Under the pieces are notes generated by a model. That model made no database searches, was not told where the DNA came from, and saw nothing but the letters and a program-made list of their open reading frames with translations. Position numbers and translations under genes: made by a program. Below, in pieces: positions 38,745 through 50,539 of a DNA stretch of 64,000 nt; positions within the stretch are counted from its first letter, which is position 1, and the number at the start of each line of letters is the position of its first letter. This stretch comes from Thalia democratica (Eukaryota): NCBI GenBank assembly GCA_965202585.1, contig OZ241833.1:22258001-22322000 (forward strand), given 5' to 3'.

Positions 38745-40940
38745 GTCTAGATGTTAATAATGTTTAGAGAATGTATTTAGATTAATTAAATCTAAACGTA
38801 TGAATTTGTAGATAAAACATTTTAATAAAAGCTTCTAAGACAGTTTAAAGTTGTCTACGTTAAAGTCAATATACTTAGTTCAATTCAGCTAACTAGTTTT
38901 AAATATTGTAATAAATCAAATATTTATTTGTTAACAAAGGCTTAGTAGCCTTTTATACGTAAAGAATCAGACTTATTTAGGAAAAGCACACGGGTCAAAA
39001 AATATTTTCAGTCCATTTGAACATTGAAAACTATATTGAAAACACTGTATAACTCATAAAAAAATTGTGAAAATTAACTGTAAAATATTTTTTTTTGGAA
39101 AGTTGTTATTAGCCTAAATAAAACGTAACAAACTGTAGGCTTGAGGGGCCGGATCCATTGGCCGTACTTTGATCTTCTTCCTTTATTTCAATCATTTTTT
39201 TTATAAACTAACTCAGGAGCACAACCATCTGTTAAAAAAATAATATGTATTTTTTAGTCAGTGAAACATATGTACACAATCACTTACTTTAACTACTTAA
39301 CTTTTTTTCTAAACTTTATAATTGTAATTACTTAAAGTTATAAAAACATATCAAAATATCAAAATGGTTTACAACATTTGAATATTCAATTAAAGTGAAT
39401 TAAATTAAAACATCTAAAATATTTCGTTATCTATAAACTGGTGTTTTTTAATTTAATTTTTTTTTTCGCATAACAACATCTACAAACAAGAGGTTTCAAA
39501 GTTTAGATAAGGATTGTAAACAAAACTTTTGAAATGTTGTTTTCATTAAATATCTTAAGAGTAAAAAGTAGTAATCCTAAATAAGAGTGAGGTCGAACAA
39601 AATTCATAAAATCCATAAAAATACTATACATAAAACAGGGTGGAACGCTGGAGGTGTTGTTCCACGTAGTCAAAACTAAAAGAAGAAAAATAAAATTTAC
39701 GAATAAATTCAGATTTTTGCTTATTCATTGAATTTATTTGATATATTTGTTTTTTTTTCAAATTAATACCTTTGACCTTCAAACATTTGATAAGTCGGAG
39801 CTGAAAGCTCAATATGTGTCAGCTGCATCTTAAACATATACAAATTTTCAAACATAACTTTATTGAGTAGCTTGATTCTGGAGCTGATTAAACTTCAGCA
39901 CCATGTGAGTTAGAAGTAGTAATCTTACGTTATTGAAAATTAACTACAACGCTAAAACAATAAGACAGATAGTGACAACTTAAACTTGAGCAGGAGCATC
40001 TCGAGCAGTGACAACTCGAACAGGAACTATTCGAGTAGGATTAGCATAGTTTTTATGTGATAAAAAGTAATTATAAATATAAAGAAATTGTAATTTATTT
40101 GACTAAATATTTTTTATAATTACTTTGACTTTATTAAAAAAAAAAAATTTTCTACGCTAACAAATGTGTAGTTGTAATATCAAAAATTCTTAAATTAGTT
40201 CAAAATTAACAAGGCGTTCAGTCACGTTTATTAGTATGTTTTAAGTCTCACTATCTAAGAGTAGATCTTTAGATACAATAATCAAATTATTCAAAATTTA
40301 AGTTTGAAGTTTCAAGATTTTTTTTATTCGCCGCAACCCCTAACAAAAATACCACGCGACATCACTAATCACTAATACAGAATAACTGACCATCGAAAAT
40401 AGAAAATATACTAAAAAGATGTATCTGGCCGGATCCGGACTTGAAATGAGGTTTGAAACTTACACTATATATTATAGAAAACTTTTAATTTTATACTAGA
40501 TATTATGGCATAAATTCGAAAGTTATACTATATTTAGATCCTACCGGATCATAATTTGTGAATAAGATCCGGATCCTAATTATAGATCCGGTAGTTCACT
40601 AGTGAAAACAATAGTAAAATTATCTAAAAACTTCAAAGTAAATTTTACAGTAATTAAGTAAGGACTTTATCAATTTGCGACCTTTTTAAGTGAAAGCTTC
40701 ACGTAGTCTTTGAATAAAAATACCTTTATAGTACATTTCACAACATTAAATTCTTACTAACACTTTTATGCGAAGAACCCAAAAAAAGCTTGGAGAAGAA
40801 ATGTTCGTTTTAAGTTTTACAAAATTAGCACAAAATACATTTTAAAGAAACAATTTATAGTTCTTAGATTTTAAGAAAGAGTACTATTATATTAGAAAGT
40901 TTTATTGATGAAGTAATGTATTCAATGCAGTAAACGAGAG

Positions 40941-41263
40941 CCGATCATTTCTAACCCGCTATCATTTCTAACCCGGTCACTTCTAACCCGATCACTTCTA
41001 ACCCGATCACTTCTAACCCGATCATTTCTAACCCGATCATTTCTAACCCGATCATTTCTAACCCGATCACTTTTAACCCGATCACTTCTAACCCGATTAC
41101 TTCTAACCCAATCACTTCTAACCCGATCACTTTTAACCCGATCACTTCTAACCCGATCACTTCTAACCCGATCACTTCTAACCCGATCATTTCTAACCCG
41201 ATCACTTCTAACCCGATCACTTCTAACCCGATCACTTCTAAACCGATCATTTCTAACCCGATC
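40941..41263 (-). repeat. Tandem array of 15-bp GTGATCGGGTTAGAA (~21 units), left arm
   Basis: Directly visible as (ttctaacccgatcac)n on the + strand. Confidence 0.98.
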
Positions 41264-41419
41264 TGTATGAGGTTTCGTGTTTTTTTTTTTGAGATGATTT
41301 GGAGTACTTTAACGGATAGGTTTATTTAAATTCTAAAAGCTATTCAATAAATATTACCAGAAAAAAAAACAACTAAAAAAAAAGATCTGAAGAGGTTGTT
41401 AATTGAAATTGAAAAGTAA

Positions 41420-41497
41420 GACATAAAAGCGCTCAAAAAGTTTGGTCTAAAGACCTGGTGTACAAAAGGACGTTTCGGTTATTGAGTCGTATACCAC
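41420..41497 (-). repeat. Interspersed SINE-like repeat (copy 4, inside the foldback-like element)
   Basis: AAAAGCGCTCAAAAAGTTTGGTCTAAAGACCTGGTG...TTTCGGTTATTGAGTCG on + strand. Confidence 0.75.
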
Positions 41498-44360
41498 ATG
41501 CTTATAAAGTTTTTTACGAGCTTTTACACATAGTTTAAAAAAATGTTATCTATAATTTTTTAACAAAAGGATTTGTTTTTCAAAAGAAACTATTCTCAAC
41601 AAAGTTTTCATTTATTAAAGTTTTGTTTATTTTGTCTAAAATAAAACATAATGTTCAGATAGTTTTTAAGTTAAAATTTAAATATTGACGTTCATTTCTA
41701 TTGGAAGTTTGTTGTCCTACGCTAGACCAAGGCATCAAAATCTGGGTCATTTATACTGAATGACACAAAGCAAAGAGACGAAAATTTATATACTTAAAAT
41801 TCAAAATCTACAGTTTTAACTAACTTTTAAAAGATTTATAGTAAATTAAATCAACACTTTAATATAATACTAATTAACTTATTTATGATTTGGAGTAGAG
41901 GATTGTTAAAAAGATTGGTTTTAACTTTATAATAAGCAAATTTAACATCAACTCTTTCAACGATCAGTGACTTCAAATAAAACCAAACACAGCTACACAA
42001 TCTTTCATTTTAGATTCAACTTCCAATTTATTATTAACAAAAAAACCTTCTCAGCGAAATTCAACAACTTAAATTGAGACGATTTAATAAATTATTTTTA
42101 AGATTTTAGTGCAACAATCAGTAAAATAGTCTGAATCACGCAATTCTACATAATAATAAGATTCAGGGTTAATTTTATTAAACTCATTAAGAACATAGCA
42201 GAATCTCATTATTCAAACAAACTACAAAAATTCATAAATGAATTTTCTTCTTGTTAAACATCAACCGTATATACACATCTTGACTTTTAGAGTTAGGTTT
42301 TGCACTTTTGTGCAATCTTTCTGTATTTCATTTATTTTTTATAATTTGACTTTGTAGCCTTGATAAAGCATAATCAATACCATCAAAACAAACATTATTG
42401 AAGTCAGTGTACAGACAATTGTAAAAAAAATCAAAAATTTGAGTGCATTGAATTGTTAAACTACTTATAGTTTCAAATATTAAGTATTTTATCTTAATAA
42501 AGTAAACTTACATCAAAGTTGTTCTTTTTTTTTTGCAAAAATTACTTTTGTTTAAAAGCTTAGTCCAAATTTAAATTGAAAAAAAACCATGACTGCATGA
42601 ATTTATCGTTTTATTTTTGTGTTAGTTAACTATTTTAATCTGGTTCAAAAATGGATTATAAATTAACTGTAGTTAACTAGTTTTAAAAGCACTAGGAAAA
42701 GTATAAAAGTTCTGTGATCTTAAGATTATGATAGTTGTCAATGATAGAAAAATAATAAGTAATGATGCGGTAAAAGACTGTTTTGTATCTTTTCTTTGAA
42801 GAAAACTCTATATGTTTAGTATATATTTTTGTGGATGCAAGATTAGCAAGTTGTATATAAATTTAGGGCTAGTTTTTATGATATATTTTTTTTAAGAACA
42901 TTAATATCAGTATACATTAAACATTTAATAAAACATTTCATAAAATTCAATTATCGTAATTTGTAAGTGGTTTCATTTAAAATCATTATCATTAAATTCT
43001 GAGTTCTTAAAACGAAACTGTATACTGCTTAATACTAAGTCAAAGTAGACGTTGACGTTTTTTTTATACTTAGAACCTGTCATTTATAAGAACTTAAATT
43101 TTTTTTTTTTCTTTAGCCAATGGTAAATTTTTTCTAAACAATTTTTTTAAACTAAATAAGAATGGCAAAATATTTGTTTTGTCTGCAAAGAGATTAATTT
43201 TGCTACCAACATTAACTTCATTTTTTATCATATCATTTGCAAAGTTATAAATAAGAGTTGACCAATAACCTTTTCTTGAGGCACTCTACTACAATAGGTA
43301 AAAAGTTCTAATAGTGTAATACCAACTACTTCTTTTTAATTTTTATCATTTATTTATTATTTATTTTAAAATATTTGTCAACTAAAATACTAATTTAAGT
43401 CGTAATAGAAACATTTCGTTTATTATATAAATTAAGTAAACGTTTTGAAAAATAATATTTAGGCGAAAATTAATTACCGTCGGACTTGTTATAGAAAATA
43501 AACATGTTTATTTATTTATTAGTGGATTTTTTTGTTCTAGGACTTACACTAAGTAGCAATTTATTAATGGTGTGAAATCAAGACGGTCAATCGATTACTT
43601 TTGCGATTTTTTATATGACATAACTGTTTTAATACCTAGGTTATACCTAAAAGTCATGCTTTTTCACTTAATATAACAAATGTATTTTATTTCTCCTAGT
43701 GTTTGTTTGAATTCCATTATCTTACTAAGCCTATACAAGTTGTTAAACAATTTGTATAAGTAATTAAGATGAAACTTGAAACGAACCTACTATAAAATAT
43801 TAATAAATTAGTGAGCAATAATACAACATTTACGTCAGACTTACAGTATACTTTTATACCGAAATATAAAAGTTTTTGTATCTGAATATTACAATTATAA
43901 AAGTTTACAAATTTTTAATATTTGCTTAAACTAAAATTATTAAAGTCACGTGAATTATAAGGAGCTCCAATTTAATTAAAGTTTTAACTGCTTAATTTAA
44001 AATCCTACAAATAAGAGTTTAAATTATTGTAAAATTAATGATTTAGTAAATTAAATACGATTAACGAAAAAAGTCTGTTTTATTAGATTGAAAAAACAAA
44101 AAGTAATAAATAACGAAAAAAGAAAGTATGTGAAGCATGAAAAATATAAAAATGAGGTAATAAAAATCAATTTAACTTAAATTTTTTTAGTACAAAATTA
44201 AAATTTATACTAAAATAAGGTTTTACGTAACACATTAAAATCATTATTTTTTAATGTAAATAAATATTTGAGAAAATTTTATTATTTTGAAAACTTTATT
44301 AAGACTAGTTTGTTTTTGCATGAAATCTAGATAACAAAAAAATAATAAAAACAAATAAAA

Positions 44361-45288
44361 TGGGTTAGAAACGATCAGGCTAGAAGTGATCGGATTAGAA
44401 ATTATCTAGTCAGAAGTGATCGGTTTAGAAGTGATCGGGTTAGAAGTGATCGGGTTAGAAATGATCTAGTTAGAAGTGGTTGGGTTAGAAGTGATCGGGT
44501 TAGAATTGATCGGGTTAGAAGTGATCGGGTTAGAAGTGATCGGGTTAGAAGTGATCAGGTTAGAAGTGATCGGGTTAGAAGTGATCGGGTTAGAAGTGAT
44601 CGGGTTAGAAGTGATCGGGTTAAATCGGGTTAGAAGTGATCGGGTTAGAAATGATCTAGTTAGAAGTGGTTGGGTTAAAAGTGATCGGGTTAGAATTGAT
44701 CGGGTTAGAAGTGATCGGGTTAGAAGTGATCGGGTTAGAAGTGATCAGGTTAGAAGTGATCGGGTTAGAAGTGATCGGGTTAAAAGTGATCAGGTTAGAA
44801 GTGATCGGGTTAGAAGTGATTGGGTTAAAAGTGGTCGGGTTAGAAATGATCGGGTTAGAAGTGATCGGGTTAGAAGTGATCGGGTTAGAAGTGATCGGGT
44901 TAGAAGTGATCGGGTTAGAAGTGATTGGGTTAGAAGTGATCGGGTTAGAAGTGATCGGGTTAGAAGTGATCGGGTTAGAAATGATCGGGTTAGAAGTGAT
45001 CGGGTTAGAAGTGATCGGGTTAGAAGTGATCAGGTTAGAAGTGATCGGGTTAGAAGTGATCGGGTTAGAAGTGATCGGGTTATAAATGATCGGGTTAGAA
45101 GTGATCGGGTTAAAAGTGATCGGGTTAGAAGTGATCGGGTTAGAAGTGATCGGGTTAGAAATGATCGGGTTAGAAATGATCGGGTTAGAATAAATCGGGT
45201 TAGAAATGATCGGGTTAGAAATGATCGGGTTAGAAATGATTGGGTTAGAAGTGATCGGGTTAGAAATGATAGCGGGTTAGAAATGATA
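44361..45288 (+). repeat. Tandem array of 15-bp GTGATCGGGTTAGAA (~60 units), right arm
   Basis: Directly visible; inner units more degenerate than outer ones. Confidence 0.98.
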
Positions 45289-48200
45289 GTAAACCGCAGT
45301 AAACAATTGATTAAATCGATTGACTAAGTACTTAGAATTTTTGGAGTGTTTTTTTTTAGTTTTTTACATAGATGTTAATTTTATTCTTTCAGATTACTTT
45401 TAATTACTTTTGTAAGGTTTCAATTCTCATTTTAAAGTTAAATTTTATAGTCTATATATATTTTACTTAAATTTTTAGTTTTTAAAGTAGTTAAATATAC
45501 TTTTAAATTTTATAAGTTTCGGCTAAGTATGGGCTGATGAAGTTTGAAACCCACAAAAAACTAAGTAAACGTAAAAAATAATATAAATACTTTTTTATTT
45601 TAAACGTCAAACAATTTTTACCAACCATAAAGTCATATACTTAATTGAACATGTCTTCAACTCTTATCAAAGTTAGTAAGGAGCTCTCTTCTTGGTAGAA
45701 ACATTAAAACTCTACTGAATTCCAAAAATGTGTTTGTAGACAGTACTTATAAACCCAATTGTTTTGTTTGATAAATTGTTAAGTACAACTAAAAAATCTT
45801 TAATTTATACGACTTAGATTGAAATAGTATCAAATACGACATGATAAGATAACAACAGTCCAAATTGAACAGCTATTTAAATAATTTAGTTTAACAAATA
45901 TTTGATGTTGTTATTTTATCTTAACTTTAAAAAAATTTTATCTCCTAAAGTTATATATTAATTTATTAAAATAAATTAAACAATAGAAAAATAATGGAAC
46001 TTAGTAAAAAAGTAATACAAATAAGTTAAATTTCATATACTAACAAATAATTGTTTTTTAGCTAGTGTTTTACTAGATCAAAAAAAGAGGGTTTTCAAAT
46101 AGGTTCCGGATGTTTTTCTTTAAGTAGAATATGGTCGGATCTCGATCTCAGCAAAAAAATTCATGATCTAGCAGTTTTTGGATCAAGGTACTTGATCAGG
46201 TAGATTTTGATTTTAAACACTAAATCGAACATTGACAAAAGTATATATTTGTTATGTAGCGTAAAAAAAGTGCTTTACACATGTCAAAAATTAAATAAAC
46301 AATATTAAAAAACACAGTGAAATGTTTCTTTAATAACTTTATATTAAAAACCATAAGGTTTTCTTTACCAATGTAAAAGCAATTTAATAAAGTTACGGTG
46401 TATAATATTTTTTTTTGGAAATTATATTTGTTACAATTGACGATGTCATTATTAGTGTTATTTTAGAGAAACATTGTTTTAAATATAAACTAGTGAACCA
46501 AAAAAATATTGTAAACAAGTATTTTAAAAGCTAAAAAGTAAAACGTTAAACTAAAATTTAAATTTATTAAAACTAAAACTGTTGTAGAATCAAACTTTTC
46601 TCTATTGAAGACACTAGTTATACTCTGACCCCAACAGACAAAACAAGAATTTAAAAGTTTTGAAATATTCTCATCGCATAAAACATTTGAGCAGATATAA
46701 TTTGAACCAATGCTTTTTTTATTGTGGAGATACATTGCTGTGAAAAAAAAATCATACATATAACAACTATTTGACGTAAAATTAAACTTTACAATATTTC
46801 AATTTAAGTTACTTTTGAATCTTAAACAATTTGATTGTTTTTGTTATATAAATCAATAGTACACTAATTATTGGTTTTTAATTAAATAAATTAAATGTGT
46901 TCATTAAGAAAATATTTTGAAATGTAAAACTCAAATAAGCAACAATTAGAGCACTTTGGTAATGCGTAAAACATAGTATATGTTTCGCGTGTTTTAACAA
47001 AACTAAAGTTCAAACTTCTATTCGTTTTACAAGCGTCCATGTTTTAAACATTTAAGTGGTTTGGTTGTTAACTATATAGAAATTTAAGTTATCAACAACT
47101 TTTTTGTTCACTATTTAATGTTTTTTTTATTTTTGAATGCTTCATCTAAAACTTCTGCAAAAGATTTTGTTGAAAAATGGGGACCAACTTTTTGCTTGCA
47201 GTAGTTTTCAGAGAAATAATCGTGAAAAGGATTCAAGTCGGCAGTTGCTTCATCACGAGCTTTTCGAGGCGCTTAAAATGTTATGGAGTAAAAAAAAATT
47301 TTTAAGAAAATGTAGAAAAAATCACAAAGTAGTTTTAGTTTTCTAAACGTTCAAACTTTATGCAAAAGTAAAAAACAAAGTAAAGTATTTAGCAAAATGA
47401 AACCTTGACATGAGTAAATTAGAGACTTACCAAGATCTTTGTTTTTTTGTCTTATTTCATATAATAAAGAAGCTTTAGAGAGGTTTAAATTGTCACCATA
47501 GTATTGAATCCGATATTATCACTAAGTTTTATTGGTAAGTAATAATATTAGTTAGTTCTGAGAAGCAGGTAATCAAGAGTAGTTTAATTTTCGGGTTTTT
47601 TATATGCATTTTTAGTAATTGTCAATTTTATAAACCACTTGTTTAATTTTTTTGCATTAATTAAAAAGTTTTTTTTTACAACAGTTTGGTAAGGAACAGC
47701 TAAAACAAGTTAAGAAAGATACACTAAAGACAGTTTAAGAAAAATTATAACTAATTTAAACGTTATTAGGATTCTCTCTAAGTTTTGTAACAAGGTGTAT
47801 TCCATATAAAACAAGTTTTATAGTGTACTGTAATCACTTCATGACATTTGTTTAATATAAAATCGTTTTATTAAAAATTTAAATTAATTTTTGTTTTATA
47901 GGCTAATGATAACCACACTGTTTTTATGCTTATTCCAAATTTTTTTAAGTAATGAACCAGACAAGTAAAAAAAATAAGCAAGGTAAAAATAAACATCACG
48001 TAAATAGTCATAAATAAAGTTTTTATTACTGTAGGTATTGCGTTTTTATTATGATTGAAAAACATTTTTTTATGAACATTGATACTTTTAGTTTTTTAAT
48101 TAAACAAAATCAAATAAATTTTTGAATTATTTAAGTTTTAGAAATCGTAGCTTTTAAAATTTCAACTTCTATAAAAGTATAGATGCTGTAACTTATGATA

Positions 48201-49476
48201 TAAAGTTTTAAATATCAAACAAAAAATCATTACTATTACATCGCAAACTTACTAATAGATATCCACAAAAAAATACTACAGCAACTAAGTCATTATTCTT
48301 TTAGAAATAAATTCAGTTAATCTAGACTCCACATATCTTTTTTTAAACACGTACTTTTACAGAAACTTAAAACATTTTTTATTAACCAATAACCAAACTA
48401 AAATTAAGACTATCGAGACTACAAACTAATATTCTGCACTGAAAATGTAAACATAGTTTCATTTATGTGCTACTAAAGTAAGGGTTAATATCAATTTTGT
48501 ATAAAAAGCCAGTATGTAATATTTAGTTTTCAAATACTTGTACTTATTAAACGTAAACTAGGAAGCTAATAAACTACATTAAATATTTTTTTAATATGAG
48601 GTTGTCTAAAAAAACATACTACATTTCAAAAAATAACTTAAACAGAAAAATATTATTGCAAAAACTCAATTATTCACAATATTTATCAAGTATCAAGGGT
48701 GGTTTTAGGAATTTTATGTTGGGTAGCACAAACTTTACATTTTAGTATTAGAATATTTTTTTCCCAAATTATGTTCTGGCCGGAATCGGATCTGTTTTTT
48801 GCAACTTTAAACGAACAATAAAGTTAGCTAGCATTTACTATGCTTTGTTTTTGACCTTGTTTTATTGTAAATATTGTAAGAATTGGATAACAAATATATG
48901 AAATTACTAAACATAATTGTTTTAGCTACAAATCTTCATTGTTTAGAGTAAAACCTTTTAAATTCACCAATAGTTTTTTTCAACTTCAAGTTCTTATTCT
49001 TAAAACTTATTATAAACTAATCTTTTCATATTTACAGGGTTGTCATAAATTCAACCTGAATTTATAAAATGAATCTGCGATAGAAAAAACTGAAACTGTT
49101 AATGTTATTTTTAATGATAAACGAATTCTTTTCAATTGAAATCTAATACCTGGTATAAGAAAAAATTCTTCAGTTATCAAAACTATAGTGAATTTATTGG
49201 GAAAGTGCAAACAAGCCAGGAAATTAGAAAAAAATAAATTTTTAAGCTTATTTAAAAAAACTCGTAAAGAAATTTTATTAAACAAACACATCAAAACTAA
49301 CTTTTATATTTGAAATTTTTTAAACTACATAGACGAAAAAAATCCGCTAGTAAATATAATACATTATAAATAATGATGTCAATAAATGTTTATACCTTTA
49401 CCTCTAAAACTAATTATTTTATTTTAAAAGTTTAGGAAGGTATAAAAGTATATTAAAACAGAATAGAGATATAATA

Positions 49477-49547
49477 CAGGGTGGCCTTTCGTTTTTTCAA
49501 AAATTTTTCCAAGTTTTTCCAGATTTCCAGGTAAAGTCGCAACCCTG
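49477..49547. mobile_element. 71-bp MITE-like insertion
   Basis: CAGGGTGGCC ... GCAACCCTG inverted ends flanked by TATAATA on both sides. Confidence 0.5.
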
Positions 49548-50539
49548 TATAATAGTACTAATAGAAATTTAGCAATTAAAAGTGGTCAAAGCTCATCTTG
49601 ACATTCTCAAAAACTCAAAAAATTAGTATTTTAAAATCAAGTATACTTTATTTTTATAAAAACTCTTTAGTTTTAAATGCGTTCATCTTAGCTCTTTTAG
49701 ATACCACTAATTTATTTCTATGTTTTCTGCTATGATAAAGTTTTATTTGCAAAATATTTCTGAATAAAGATCCAAACTAGTTCCAATTTATAAATTCTTG
49801 AAACAATTGCAAATTTATTTTTAGCGTTTTTTATCACATTTCATAAAAGATGTGTCTTTTAAAAACTAAAAAGCAGGTTTTTTATTACCATTGTTAATAA
49901 AGTATGTGCTAAAAACTAATAATATACTGGTATTTATTCTTTATTACTCAATATAAAAACATCTAAATATAAAAAAAGAACTCAGTTTTAAGAAAAAACT
50001 AACATACAAATATATAACATAACCTTAAATCACCACTAAAATTCAGACAACCTTGGTTAAAAAATAAGTAGACAAGAGTTCACCCGTTGATATTCAAATA
50101 GTGTCCATTTTTTCTGTGTTCTATTTTGTTTTAAAAATTTTTAAAGTTTATAGTTTAAAAGGATTAAAACATGAATAACAAAAACTCAAAATAAAAATGT
50201 GTTATTTTAATTTAAGCAAAGTTATTCAAAACCATAACATATACATAATTAACAGCGACTTTTAAACATGGTATTTACTTTTCTTTTTATTTTTAACTTG
50301 TGTTGTAAGTTGCCTTTTTATCTATAGTACATATATAAAATATCCAAAGTGTGTTTCTTCACTAGGTTATAACATTCCTTTTATTTTAGTACTTCATTTA
50401 TCTTGCTGTAAAGTAGCATGTTAGAAGTGATATGATGTTATATAATTAAATTTGTTTAATACAATGGAATTAAGTATAAGTGAACAGATACAATTTTATT
50501 ACTGATATATAATTTTTGATTAACTAAAATACAAATAAC

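Larger units (their letters stand above)
40936..45295. mobile_element. Foldback/Mutator-like non-autonomous element with tandem-repeat inverted arms and 9-bp TSD
   Basis: Two 15-mer arrays in inverted orientation share an identical 32-nt outer segment with a variant unit; GCAGTAAAC direct repeat at 40927-40935 and 45296-45304, each exactly 8 nt outside that segment. No transposase ORF inside. Confidence 0.7.

Noticed and set aside
40951-41250. ORF of VIGLE repeats
   Set aside because: Translation of the 15-bp satellite; no unique coding sequence.
40941-45288. True telomere or chromosome-fusion site
   Set aside because: Unit is 15 bp with one GGGTTA each, not (TTAGGG)n; G-strands point outward and a 9-bp direct repeat flanks the whole.
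44476-45327. 283-aa and 139-aa ORFs (VIGLE / RVRSD repeats)
   Set aside because: Stop-free frames arising from the 15-bp satellite unit.
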